Assembly: GCA_025210525.1 (NCBI GenBank)
Contig: JAOARP010000047.1
Location: 693,465-717,464 of the forward strand
Direction: 5' to 3'
Length of the DNA stretch: 24,000 bases
DNA from: Marinisporobacter sp.
Lineage (GTDB): Bacteria; Bacillota; Clostridia; Peptostreptococcales; Thermotaleaceae
Below the pieces are notes generated by a model. It did not search any database. It was not told where the DNA came from and worked only from the letters and a program-made list of their open reading frames with translations. The stretch's first letter is position 1, and the number at the start of each line of letters is the position of its first letter. Shown piece by piece: positions 1 to 9,612 of this stretch. The translations under genes and the position numbers were made by a program.

Positions 1-121
1 AGATTATTATAGATTCTTTGGTCAATCTTTTTTGATCCATATTTCCAAATAAAATGCTATCTGTATTTCTGATTTTATTTTCCCAAAAGTAAAAACTATC
101 TTTTCTATCTAATCCTTGCAT
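1..121 (-). CDS. partial ORF running off the left window edge (MQGLDRKDSFYFWENKIRNTDSILFGNMDQKRLTKES...), unknown
   Basis: Open frame from ATG (complement 119-121) to the window edge, preceded by a G-rich RBS-like GGGGGTGGG. Confidence 0.4.
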   Translation of the reverse strand, partial: MQGLDRKDSFYFWENKIRNTDSILFGNMDQKRLTKESIII

Positions 122-160
122 TCTTACCCACCCCCAAATCTGCTTTTATTCTAAATTGTC

Positions 161-192
161 ACAAAGGCTATATTTATAAATATAGCCTTTGT
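161..192 (-). terminator. long hairpin downstream of rpsD, possible terminator (weak U tract)
   Basis: ACAAAGGCTATATTTATAAATATAGCCTTTGT perfect inverted repeat just after the rpsD stop. Confidence 0.5.
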
Positions 193-218
193 AAACAAAA
201 TAGACATGTACTTTTCCA

Positions 219-818
219 CTAGATGATTTGTGAATAAAATTCTACTACTAAATGGTCCCTAATCTCAATTGGAACTTCATCACGTTCAGGCATTCTTTCA
301 AGAACTCCTGAAAATTCTGCTTCATTCTTACTTAAGTAAGGCAATGCATATGTTACATTTTCTAAGAAGTTATTTTTAAACATCTCATTTTTTCTTGATT
401 TTTCCTTTAAGGAAATCACATCGCCTACAGAAACTCCATAGGAAGGAATATCTACTTTCTTCCCATTTACTAAGATATGACCGTGTACTACCATTTGTCT
501 TGCTTGTCTGATGGAACCTGCAAAGTTTAGTCTATACACTAGGTTATCTAGTCTACACTCAAGTCTTTTGATCAGTGAAGAACCTGTTGTCTCACTATCT
601 TTCATTGCAGCGTTTACATATCTTCTAAACTGCTTTTCCATCACTTCGTAGTAGCCTCTTAATCTTTGTTTTTCTAAAAGCTGTATGCCATAAGGAGATA
701 GCTTTCTTTTTTCTCTTGATTGTCCATTATCTCCTCGATTCATTGCTTTTGGATGTCCACAAACATTAAGTCCTAATCTTCTACATTTTTTAAATCTTGG
801 GCCTCTCATTCTTGCCAT
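219..818 (-). CDS. rpsD: 30S ribosomal protein S4 (non-zinc, C-minus type)
   Basis: [29 protein letters not shown]-terminus and S4 RNA-binding domain ([38 protein letters not shown]). The ORF track starts at 833, but the ATG at 818 has GGAG upstream and gives the usual MARMRGP start. Confidence 0.93.
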   Translation of the reverse strand: MARMRGPRFKKCRRLGLNVCGHPKAMNRGDNGQSREKRKLSPYGIQLLEKQRLRGYYEVMEKQFRRYVNAAMKDSETTGSSLIKRLECRLDNLVYRLNFAGSIRQARQMVVHGHILVNGKKVDIPSYGVSVGDVISLKEKSRKNEMFKNNFLENVTYALPYLSKNEAEFSGVLERMPERDEVPIEIRDHLVVEFYSQII

Positions 819-879
819 TTCAATCATCTCCATAACATAAATTTAGCCGCGATAATTTATGCCACCTGTGTACACATAT

Positions 880-908
880 AGTATATCAAGAATCTTATTT
901 GTTGTAAA
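880..908 (-). promoter_or_regulatory. putative sigma-A promoter of rpsD: TTTACA-17 nt-TATACT
   Basis: Complement of 903-908 (-35) and 880-885 (-10), with a 17-nt spacer. Confidence 0.55.
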
Positions 909-922
909 TGATTATCGTTATC
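904..922 (-). promoter_or_regulatory. Fur-family-like operator overlapping the rpsD -35
   Basis: Complement reads GATAACGATAATCATTTAC, 16/19 identical to the classical Fur box GATAATGATAATCATTATC. Confidence 0.5.
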
Positions 923-998
923 ATTTTATAATTAATTTTCTTTTCCCCTCTATCTTTTTTATTTTTTCAAAGTATCATATCATCCCATCCAATAGAAA

Positions 999-1020
999 AA
1001 CCGTTGAAATTTCAACGGTT
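999..1020 (-). terminator. rho-independent terminator after the 1092-2036 gene
   Basis: AACCGTTGAAATTTCAACGGTT perfect hairpin followed by TTT on the minus strand. Confidence 0.8.
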
Positions 1021-1091
1021 CTCAGAAGAATAATTTCCAATATTTATTTTTAAATCATTGTGATAATCCATCTATATATCTTTCGTGTTTT

Positions 1092-2036
1092 TTATCCATC
1101 TACTAACTCAGCAGCTCCTTGCCACCAATAGTATGGAAGCATATCAAAGAGAAAATGTCCTTCCGAACTCACTGACTCATCAATATAATTATAAGTTGGC
1201 CCCTGTACTGGATTGTCTTCGAAGGTCATGATCTTATACCCTACAATGATCTTTTTTGTAGTCGTGATCTTCCCTTTGAATAAAGTTTTTTCCGTGTACT
1301 TATATATGGGTTCATAAATAGCTTCTCTACCATCACTATGAACATATTTAAGATTTCCTGAAGTAGAGCCATGGTAAATTGCTTTAAACCACATTAATTT
1401 TCTAAAACCTTGTCTTTCAGCTTCTTCTGGAGTAGCTGGTAGCTGATCATCTCCATTAAGCTCCATTCTTTCCTTATAGTGTATATCATCACGCCATTCT
1501 TCTTGACTGATAAATCTTCCTTCACTAGCATCAAAATACATAAAATTTTGGGGATTGCTCAAATAATTATCAGGCACCTTCAAGTAATCAATGATCATAT
1601 CCTTGAGCATAGGTAGCTTATAATGGTAAATAATCTTTTCTTCTGCTTCATCCTTATTTTTAGGTTTAGTAATCTTCTTTTTTAGCTTAATATAGATTTC
1701 ATCACCATGACCACCTCTTACATTTGTGCCTACTTGACTAGCGCCCATCCACCTATTGATCAATCTGTTATAATCATCAAACTCTGCAATTACAGTTCTT
1801 AGATTCTCTTTAATGATCTTATACTTATTTCCACTTGGTAAGAAGTCTTTTTCATATCCAACCCCTTCAAAATAACAGTCTTGAACGCTAGATATCCCTT
1901 TTTTAAATGCATATCCATATTGGTTCACTTCACTTTTATTTCTTTTATGACTACTTTGTAAATGTGGCACTAATTCTTTTTCATCCATTTCATTTTTTTT
2001 CTTTCCATCTGTAGCTGAGAACGTCACTTCCGTCAC
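1092..2036 (-). CDS. uncharacterised 314-aa protein
   Basis: Full-length ORF with its own terminator; no family recognised. Confidence 0.8.
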   Translation of the reverse strand: MTEVTFSATDGKKKNEMDEKELVPHLQSSHKRNKSEVNQYGYAFKKGISSVQDCYFEGVGYEKDFLPSGNKYKIIKENLRTVIAEFDDYNRLINRWMGASQVGTNVRGGHGDEIYIKLKKKITKPKNKDEAEEKIIYHYKLPMLKDMIIDYLKVPDNYLSNPQNFMYFDASEGRFISQEEWRDDIHYKERMELNGDDQLPATPEEAERQGFRKLMWFKAIYHGSTSGNLKYVHSDGREAIYEPIYKYTEKTLFKGKITTTKKIIVGYKIMTFEDNPVQGPTYNYIDESVSSEGHFLFDMLPYYWWQGAAELVDG

Positions 2037-2092
2037 CTCAATCTAGTTTAATTTATTCCAATATAACAGCTCTTACTCCATATTTCAACAGT

Positions 2093-3823
2093 TTATTCAA
2101 ATTGCATATTGTAAAGTTGCGCATATATACCATTTCTTTCTATAAGTCTCTCATGGCTTCCTTTTTCCTTGATTCCCTCATCCGTAAGAACAATGATTTG
2201 ATCTGCATTTTTTATAGTACTCAATCTATGAGCAATAACTAAAGTAGTTCTGTTCTTTGATAGTTCTTCTAAGGACTTTTGTATAAACTTTTCACTTTCA
2301 TTATCTAATGCAGAGGTTGCCTCATCTAAAATAAGTAATGGAGGATTTTTTAGGAATACTCTTGCAATAGAAATTCTTTGCTTTTGTCCTCCAGATAGCT
2401 TAACCCCTCTCTCTCCCACATACGTATCATATCCATTTTCAAGAGTCATTAAAAAGTCATGAATATTGGCTTTCTTAGCAGCCTCTATGATTTCTTCCTC
2501 TGTAGCGTTTACTTTTCCATAGGCTATATTTTCCTTTATGGTACCAGAAAAAATATATACATCCTGTTGGACAATTCCTATATTACTTCTCAAACTTCTT
2601 AATTTTATATTCCTAATATCCTCACCATCTATAGTAATCCTTCCATCATTAATTTCATAAAACCTAGGAATCAAGCTGCAAAGAGTAGTTTTTCCTCCAC
2701 CAGAAGGTCCTACAAGTGCTACGGTTTTTCCTGATGGAATATTTATATCAATATTCTTTAAAACATTATGCTTTTCATTATACCTAAAGGATACATTGCT
2801 AAATAAAATGTCCCCCTTAGGCTTGATCATATCTTTTGCATCTTTTCTATCCTTGATCTCTGGTTCTGTACATATGATTTCTAAAAATCTCTCAAAACCC
2901 GTAATCCCTTTTTGAAATTGTTCTGTAAAATTAATCAGCTTTTCTAGTGGTTTTAAAAATATGTTGATATATAAAATATAGACAATCAAATCAGAAGTTT
3001 GTAAAGAACCTGTAGCAATAAAAATGCCTCCTGAAAGGACTACACTAAGATATAACAATCCTTGAAAAAAGTTATTTCCACTAAAAAATCTCCCCATGAT
3101 CAAATAACTATCTTCCTTTGTTTTTAGAAATGCTTCATTCCCTTTACCAAATTTACATTTTTCCTGCTCTTCATTAGCAAAGGATTTTACCACTCTTATT
3201 CCTGAAAGACTATCTTGTATTTGAGCATTTACATTAGCTATTTTTTGTCTATTCTTCCTAAATATTTTTCTCATTCTTTTGTTGTAAAAATATGAAAAAT
3301 ACAACATGACAAAAGTAAAAAATAGAAGAATCAAGCTAATCTTAAAATTGATATTCAGTAGTATAATAAAAGATCCTGTTATTTTAAGAATAGAAATAAA
3401 CAAATCTTCTGGTCCATGATGGGCTAGTTCTGATATATCAAAGAGATCCGTAATGATTCTTGACATCAATTTTCCTGTATTTTCGTTATCATAATAGGAA
3501 AAGGACAACTTCTGTAAATGGTCAAAAATATCATACCTCATATCCGCTTCCATTCTAGCTCCCATAATATGACCCCATGAAGTAATGAAATACTGACAAA
3601 AGTACCTGATAATGTATAAAAGCAGTAGTCCTACTCCTATATATATTACAACATGAGTGATTCGTTCTGCATCTTTGAGTACATATACATCATTGATCAG
3701 ATATCTCACAACCAATGGAAATGCTAAATCTATTATAGATAATAGAAATGCACATAACATATCTAAAAAAAACAATTTCTTGTATGGCTTATAATAAGCT
3801 ATAAATTTTTTAATACTATCCAT
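2093..3823 (-). CDS. ABC transporter, fused permease/ATP-binding (MsbA/LmrA-type exporter)
   Basis: N-terminal transmembrane segments; Walker A GPSGGGKTTL, signature LSGGQKQRISIARVFLKNPPLLILDEATSALD, H-loop AHRLSTI. Confidence 0.95.
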   Translation of the reverse strand: MDSIKKFIAYYKPYKKLFFLDMLCAFLLSIIDLAFPLVVRYLINDVYVLKDAERITHVVIYIGVGLLLLYIIRYFCQYFITSWGHIMGARMEADMRYDIFDHLQKLSFSYYDNENTGKLMSRIITDLFDISELAHHGPEDLFISILKITGSFIILLNINFKISLILLFFTFVMLYFSYFYNKRMRKIFRKNRQKIANVNAQIQDSLSGIRVVKSFANEEQEKCKFGKGNEAFLKTKEDSYLIMGRFFSGNNFFQGLLYLSVVLSGGIFIATGSLQTSDLIVYILYINIFLKPLEKLINFTEQFQKGITGFERFLEIICTEPEIKDRKDAKDMIKPKGDILFSNVSFRYNEKHNVLKNIDINIPSGKTVALVGPSGGGKTTLCSLIPRFYEINDGRITIDGEDIRNIKLRSLRSNIGIVQQDVYIFSGTIKENIAYGKVNATEEEIIEAAKKANIHDFLMTLENGYDTYVGERGVKLSGGQKQRISIARVFLKNPPLLILDEATSALDNESEKFIQKSLEELSKNRTTLVIAHRLSTIKNADQIIVLTDEGIKEKGSHERLIERNGIYAQLYNMQFE

Positions 3824-3830
3824 ATTCCTT

Positions 3831-4472
3831 CTATCCCCCTACCTCTCTTTGAATCATATACCTTCCACTATAGCTTAGTTGTATATAATAGTCAATAATC
3901 CTTCTTTTCCATTTCCCTAAGGGTTTTATCGGGTTTTCAGATAGGCGCTGGTGGTCATTTTCTAAATCTAACTCTATCTCTAAATCTAACTCTATCTCTA
4001 TCTCTTTCTCTATCTCTGGTGGACATTTGTCCTCTACTACTTCAAAATTGTCCTGATCGTTTTGGGACTTTTGTCCTTTTAACAACTCTTCTTTTCTTTC
4101 TGCCATCCTTTTTTTATAATCACTTACTCTCTTTTCTTCTGTTCTAGAATCTCCAACAAATTCTTGAATATGTAACATAAATATAGTCCCATCCTCTAAA
4201 ACTTCAATGAGTCCTAATGTCTTAAAAATTTCCAAAGCACCCCTTACCGTATCCTCATCCATAGATACAACAGTCGCTAACATCTTTTCATCATATGTAA
4301 TATATTCATTTAATTTTAGTTCCCCTTCAAACTTTAAGGATTTAAGATACATTTTTAGAATCAAATTGCTGTATTTATATCCATTTTCCATGGATTCTAA
4401 AAATTTTATCTCAGGTCTATCAAAAAAGTTATCCATTAGCTTTATGTAATAATATTTATGGTTAGTACACAT
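3831..4472 (-). CDS. phage replisome organizer N-terminal domain protein
   Basis: YYYIKLMDNFFDRPEIKFLESMENGYKYSNLILKMYLKSLKFEGELKLNE...DTVRGALEIFKTLGLIEV resembles the Phage_rep_org_N winged-helix domain; acidic low-complexity C-terminus. Confidence 0.75.
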   Translation of the reverse strand: MCTNHKYYYIKLMDNFFDRPEIKFLESMENGYKYSNLILKMYLKSLKFEGELKLNEYITYDEKMLATVVSMDEDTVRGALEIFKTLGLIEVLEDGTIFMLHIQEFVGDSRTEEKRVSDYKKRMAERKEELLKGQKSQNDQDNFEVVEDKCPPEIEKEIEIELDLEIELDLENDHQRLSENPIKPLGKWKRRIIDYYIQLSYSGRYMIQREVGG

Positions 4473-4686
4473 AAAAATCTCTCCTTATAAAAAATTCTCT
4501 CTTACCTATTTAGATGCAATTTTTTACAAAAATTTAGTATTAAAATTGGAACTCTTTTTCTATCTTTTAAGCTTCACTTTTTGAGCGAAAGCAAAAGTAA
4601 ATGAAAATACGGTAACTATGCTCTGTTAATCACTGTTTGATAAATCATCATAAATAATTTAGGTTTATCTTTAATCATAATAAAAA

Positions 4687-4709
4687 AAAGTACCTATACA
4701 AGGTACTTT
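4687..4709 (-). terminator. terminator after the M20 peptidase gene
   Basis: Minus strand AAAGTACCTTGTATAGGTACTTTTTTTTA. Confidence 0.8.
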
Positions 4710-4782
4710 AATCACGAAAATTCATTAGTGATATAACTAATGGTGGTGCTAAGTCTATAGATTGTTTCGTCTTCTGTTTCTT

Positions 4783-5988
4783 TTAATAAATTCTATGTTG
4801 TTCAAATTCTTCCTTCACTTTATCCATCAATTCCTTACTATTAAACAGTTCCAAAACTGAATATGAAAATGCTTTTACAACCATACTTATTTTTTCTTTT
4901 GCCTCTTTACTATTGGCGTACCCTAAAAATTCTTCTTCGTGAACCTTTGCTATCCCATCTGCAATACCAATATTGCCATACATTGTAGGTGCAGCATAGC
5001 TGACATTTCCTACATCAGTTGAGCCTGGTATTTCATCTCTTTGACTAAAATTTTCAAATCCTACTTTTTCAAGATTTTTTCTAGCTATTTCAAGAAGGGT
5101 TTTATTGACTACAAGGTCATCGAATGAATTTTCAAACTTTTTTATTTCTAATTTTGCCCCTGTCATCAAAGCAGCTCCTCTAGCACAATTTTTTACTTTT
5201 TCCGATACAATATCTAAGTATTTTCTTTTTTGCGCTCTAACATAAAACTTACAGCTACAATGATCAGGAATAATATTAGGTGCTTCTCCGCCTTTTGTAA
5301 TGATTCCATGAATTCTAACATCTTGTTTTAATTGTTGTCTTAATGCACTTATTCCAGCAAAAGTTAAATTTACTGAGTCTAATGCATTTATTCCATCAAA
5401 AGGATAAGCTGCTGCATGACTTGCTTTTCCTATAAATTCAAATTCCCATGAATCCATTGCTAATGCTTTTGCTCTAAGATTATTTTCCTCGTATAAATGC
5501 ATTTGAAAGACTGCATCAATATCTTTAAATGCACCTTTATTAACTAAATCAACTTTGCTTCCAATAGTCTCCTCAGCAGGTGTTCCCATAACTACTATTT
5601 TACCTTTAAATTCTTCTTTCATTTTCGATAGAATTATTCCTGTTCCTACAGTAGTAGCTGCTATCCAATTATGTCCACATGCATGGGCTGGTTCTTTTTT
5701 TTCTCCATAACCAGGTAAAGCATCATATTCCGCTAAAAACGCTATAGTAGGTCCAAATTCATCTCCAAATTCAGCTCTAAAAGAAGTATCTATCCCTAGA
5801 TATGGATATTGGATTCTAAAATCATGCTTTTCCAATAAATCTACAATAAATTTAGAAGACTTATATTCTTCAGCGCCTAATTCTGGATGATTAAAAATAT
5901 AGTCACTTATGTTTTCAATTTCAGTTTCATATGATTTTACTAATTGATCTATTCTTTCTTGAACCAATTCTTCTCTCATATCTCCCAC
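4783..5988 (-). CDS. M20 family metallopeptidase / amidohydrolase (AbgB-like)
   Basis: FNHPELGAEEYKSSKF, AFLAEYDALPG, AHACGHNWI, GTPAEET, PGSTDVGNVSY motifs. Confidence 0.9.
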   Translation of the reverse strand: MGDMREELVQERIDQLVKSYETEIENISDYIFNHPELGAEEYKSSKFIVDLLEKHDFRIQYPYLGIDTSFRAEFGDEFGPTIAFLAEYDALPGYGEKKEPAHACGHNWIAATTVGTGIILSKMKEEFKGKIVVMGTPAEETIGSKVDLVNKGAFKDIDAVFQMHLYEENNLRAKALAMDSWEFEFIGKASHAAAYPFDGINALDSVNLTFAGISALRQQLKQDVRIHGIITKGGEAPNIIPDHCSCKFYVRAQKRKYLDIVSEKVKNCARGAALMTGAKLEIKKFENSFDDLVVNKTLLEIARKNLEKVGFENFSQRDEIPGSTDVGNVSYAAPTMYGNIGIADGIAKVHEEEFLGYANSKEAKEKISMVVKAFSYSVLELFNSKELMDKVKEEFEQHRIY

Positions 5989-6048
5989 CCCTTTGATCTT
6001 TTATATTTATAATTTTGTATATTTTTTCAAATATATCTGTTATTAACT

Positions 6049-9000
6049 TTAACCTAATATATAATCCTGTTTTTCTTCTGCTACCCTATCACCTTGAATA
6101 TCTTCTACACTCACATTTCCACACATTTTTTCTGCTTGTCTCATAACTATTTTAAGCGCTTTTTTCGCGTGCTCTGGTGGATAATCATATTTTTTAAGTA
6201 GTCTTTTAATAATCCTTCTCATACCAGCTTGCGCACTTTTTCTAATACTCCAATCAATAGTAATATTATTTCTAATAGCAAGGGTCAATTCCTGAGCAAT
6301 TTTCTTTAGGACTTCATCTTCCATAAAATCTTTCACAACTGCATCTGCTGTTAAAGCATCATAAAAGGCAATTTCATCTTCATTCAATCCTAAATCAGCT
6401 TCTTCTTCTCTTGCTTTTTTCATCTCATGAGCCATTCGAATGAGTTCTTCTATAACTTCAGCATTGGTAATAGCTTGATTACGATACTTATTAAGAGCTT
6501 TTTTTAATTTTTCTGAGAACTTTTCAGATTTTACTAAATTTCTCTTTTCCATGGACTTAATATTGCCCTCGAGTAATTTTTTAAGCATCTCTACTGCTAA
6601 ATTCTTATGCTTTATTCCTCTTACTTCTTCTAAAAATTCCTCAGATAAAATTGAAACTTCTGGTCTTTTGAGTCCCATAGCATCAAATACATCAATGACA
6701 TCCTCTGAAATAATAGAACGCTCTAGCATTTGATTTACTCTTGCTTCAATTTCTCTCTTTGATTTCTTTTGGTTATGCTTTTGCTTAAGCTTAGAAAGAC
6801 TCGCCTTTACTGCTTTAAAATAGCTAATTTCAAGTGATTTTGCTTTCCCTTCATCTGTAGCTGCACATAAAGAATGTGCTTTTGATAATTCGATAGCTAT
6901 TTGCTTAAATTCTTTTTGCTCTTTTTCTGGTTTCCCAAGAATAAAATCCATACCACCTGTAATAGCTCTTATTCTCTCTACTTGTGATGTACCCATATAT
7001 TTTGAATAATCAAACCCATGCATCATATCTCCTAGTATTTCAAGCTTCTCTAGCATGATGCCTATAGCTACAGATGTATCAATACCAGTATTTTTCTTAT
7101 CTGAATCTGTATATTGTTTTAATGCTCTTTTTAAACTTTCAAGAATCCCCAGATAATCAACAACCACGCCACCTGATTTATCTTTAAATACCCTATTCAC
7201 CCTTGCAATCGCCTGCATAAGATTATGTCCCTTCATGGGCTTATCAATATACATAGTATGCATAGAAGGTACATCAAAACCTGTTAACCACATGTCTCGA
7301 ACAATAACGATCTTTAATTCATCATTATGATCCTTCATCCTTTTAGCTAATGTATCTCTTCTTTGCTTCCCTCCAACATGTTTTTGTAGTCTTTCATTGT
7401 CAGAAGCACTCCCCGTCATAACCACTTTTACTTTTCCTTTATCAATATCATCACTATGCCAATCAGGTCTTAATCTTACGATTTCATCATAAAGCTCTGC
7501 ACAAATTCTTCTACTCATACAAACAACCAGGGCTTTTCCATCTATGTTTTTTGATTTTTCTTCATAATGATTGACGATATCCTCTGCTAATTTTTTGATC
7601 CTGTTTGGTGAACCAACAACAGCTTCAAGTCTAGACCACTTGGTTTTGTTCTTTTCTCTCTCATTCTCTTCTTGTCCTTCTGTAACTTCTTCAAACTCAT
7701 CATCAATTTTTTTTAGTTCCTCTTCATCGGTTTCTAATTTTATAATTCTATTTTCATAAAAAATCTTTACAGTTGCTTTATCTTCAACAGCTCTAGTCAT
7801 ATCATAAACATCTATATAATGTCCAAATACAGCAGGTGTTGATTTATCTTCCATTTCAATAGGTGTTCCTGTAAAACCTATAAATGAAGCATTAGGAAGT
7901 GCATCTCTTAAATATTTTGCATAACCATATTTAACTTTTCCTGTTTTTGTATCTGTGGTAGCTTCTAATCCATACTGACTTCTATGAGCTTCATCTGCAA
8001 TGATAATCACGTTTTTTCTGTCTGTTAAAGCTGGCATTTCACCCTCTTCAGGCTTAAACTTTTGAATCGTGGTAAAAATAATGCCTCCAGCTTCTCTGTC
8101 ATTTAATAAATCATAAAGACCATTGATTTCTTTTGCCTTTGGTTTTGCTTGCTGTTTCTTTTGTTCATCTGTAAGCTTTCTAACATTCGCTTGTTTTGGA
8201 GTTTGCCTTAAAATATCCTTTGATTTAGAAAAGGTTGTAAATAATTGCTCATCTAAATCATTTCTATCTGTTATTACAACAATCGTTGGATTATTTAATT
8301 TTCTTACTAATCCAGCTGTATAAAACACCATAGAAAAACTCTTTCCAGACCCTTGCGTATGCCAAACAACACCAATCTTTCGATCCCCATTTTCTTTGGT
8401 TGCTTCTTTTGTCTTCTCAATAGCTTTGTTTACTGCAAAATATTGATGATAAGCAGATAATATTTTAATGATCGTTTTTTTATCTCCTATTTTATTTCCT
8501 TCTAAATCCTTTTCTTCGTCCTTTGATTCTTGGAATAATAAAAAGTTTTGAATAATATCTAATACCCTATCCTTTGCAAGCATCCCATTAAATAAAACTT
8601 CATACTGTGGCTTTGATAGTGGTTCAATATTTTCTCCATCAATACTTCTCCAATTCATAAAACGCTCTTCATTTGATGTAATAGTTCCAGCCTTTGCATT
8701 TATTCCATCAGATAGAATACAAAATGCATTGTAATTAAAAAGAGATGGTATATCTCTTTTATAGGTTTGTATCTGATTATAGGCTTGTTCAACCCCTACA
8801 TTTTCATCACTAGCTGATTTTAATTCCACTACTACTAATGGAATCCCATTAATAAATATAATTAAATCTGGTCTTCTTTCTTCATTTTCAATGATAGTAA
8901 ATTGATTTACCACCAAAAATTCATTGTTATTTTTCTTCCCATATTTATCATCAAAATCTATGATAAAAGCACGTTTTGTTCTAATACCTCCATTTTGTTT

Positions 9001-9312
9001 GAACGAAACCTCTATTCCCTCTACTAAAAGTTTATGAAAACTTCTATTGTTTTCAATAAGGCTGGGACTATTAAAGCTAATAATCTGTCTATAAGCCTCT
9101 TCTAACGCTTCTGCTGGCAAATCTCTATTGATTCTAAATAAAGAATCCCTTACCCGATCTTCTAAAATGACTTCACGATAATCTTTTCTCTCACGATACG
9201 CTCCATCACATGAAATATCTGGAGCAAATACATAATCATACCCTAATCCCTGCAAAATCTCTATGGCTGCTTCTTCTAAAAAAGCTTCTGTAAAGTTTTC
9301 TAATAAACTCAA
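6049..9312 (-). CDS. hsdR: type I restriction endonuclease subunit R
   Basis: PD-(D/E)xK core [22 protein letters not shown], Walker [34 protein letters not shown] start with an AAGGGGG RBS. Confidence 0.95.
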   Translation of the reverse strand: MSLLENFTEAFLEEAAIEILQGLGYDYVFAPDISCDGAYRERKDYREVILEDRVRDSLFRINRDLPAEALEEAYRQIISFNSPSLIENNRSFHKLLVEGIEVSFKQNGGIRTKRAFIIDFDDKYGKKNNNEFLVVNQFTIIENEERRPDLIIFINGIPLVVVELKSASDENVGVEQAYNQIQTYKRDIPSLFNYNAFCILSDGINAKAGTITSNEERFMNWRSIDGENIEPLSKPQYEVLFNGMLAKDRVLDIIQNFLLFQESKDEEKDLEGNKIGDKKTIIKILSAYHQYFAVNKAIEKTKEATKENGDRKIGVVWHTQGSGKSFSMVFYTAGLVRKLNNPTIVVITDRNDLDEQLFTTFSKSKDILRQTPKQANVRKLTDEQKKQQAKPKAKEINGLYDLLNDREAGGIIFTTIQKFKPEEGEMPALTDRKNVIIIADEAHRSQYGLEATTDTKTGKVKYGYAKYLRDALPNASFIGFTGTPIEMEDKSTPAVFGHYIDVYDMTRAVEDKATVKIFYENRIIKLETDEEELKKIDDEFEEVTEGQEENEREKNKTKWSRLEAVVGSPNRIKKLAEDIVNHYEEKSKNIDGKALVVCMSRRICAELYDEIVRLRPDWHSDDIDKGKVKVVMTGSASDNERLQKHVGGKQRRDTLAKRMKDHNDELKIVIVRDMWLTGFDVPSMHTMYIDKPMKGHNLMQAIARVNRVFKDKSGGVVVDYLGILESLKRALKQYTDSDKKNTGIDTSVAIGIMLEKLEILGDMMHGFDYSKYMGTSQVERIRAITGGMDFILGKPEKEQKEFKQIAIELSKAHSLCAATDEGKAKSLEISYFKAVKASLSKLKQKHNQKKSKREIEARVNQMLERSIISEDVIDVFDAMGLKRPEVSILSEEFLEEVRGIKHKNLAVEMLKKLLEGNIKSMEKRNLVKSEKFSEKLKKALNKYRNQAITNAEVIEELIRMAHEMKKAREEEADLGLNEDEIAFYDALTADAVVKDFMEDEVLKKIAQELTLAIRNNITIDWSIRKSAQAGMRRIIKRLLKKYDYPPEHAKKALKIVMRQAEKMCGNVSVEDIQGDRVAEEKQDYILG

Positions 9313-9422
9313 AGCTTTTTCCCCCTTTCAACCTTTTATCATTTGAATAATATATCTCCGCTTACAAGTCAATTATCCCATTACCCTTTGGATAATTTTG
9401 TAATAAATCTCATTATTTTATA

Positions 9423-9451
9423 TTGCTTTAATTTACTTTCTCGTGTATAAT
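9423..9451 (+). promoter_or_regulatory. putative plus-strand sigma-A promoter TTGCTT-17 nt-TATAAT
   Basis: -35 9423-9428, -10 9446-9451 (perfect TATAAT), 17-nt spacer; opposite to the genes on both sides. Confidence 0.5.
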
Positions 9452-9457
9452 TTAGAC

Positions 9458-9612
9458 ATAATAGCATAGGTTAATTATATAATGCTTAAACGAGGCGAGT
9501 GATTTGATCCTTGCTATTCGTCAATTGGCATTATTCTAGGGCATAATAAGAATCTTAGTTATTTGGTGAGTGATTTGTTCCTTACTAAATGCTAGGATTC
9601 TTTAGTTTTATA
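9458..9612 (+). ncRNA. candidate small RNA with two homologous hairpin modules
   Basis: Modules at 9479-9534 and 9548-9602 share GGYGAGTGATTTGWTCCTTRCTA. Outer and inner stems pair in both copies, with compensatory substitutions and G-U pairs only on the plus strand. Transcript ends are estimated. Confidence 0.5.

Noticed and set aside
859-1053. Plus-strand 64-aa ORF upstream of rpsD
   Set aside because: AT-rich random-looking hydrophobic peptide; covers the Fur-like box and terminator, with no RBS support.
9479-9602. CRISPR-like interpretation of the two ~55-nt elements
   Set aside because: Only two units, conservation is in the centre rather than across a repeat, and there are no spacers or cas genes.
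9479-9602. Type III toxin-antitoxin RNA (ToxI/CptI-like) interpretation
   Set aside because: Tandem modules fit loosely, but there is no ToxN-like ORF downstream on the plus strand; that strand is antisense to the SIR2 gene.
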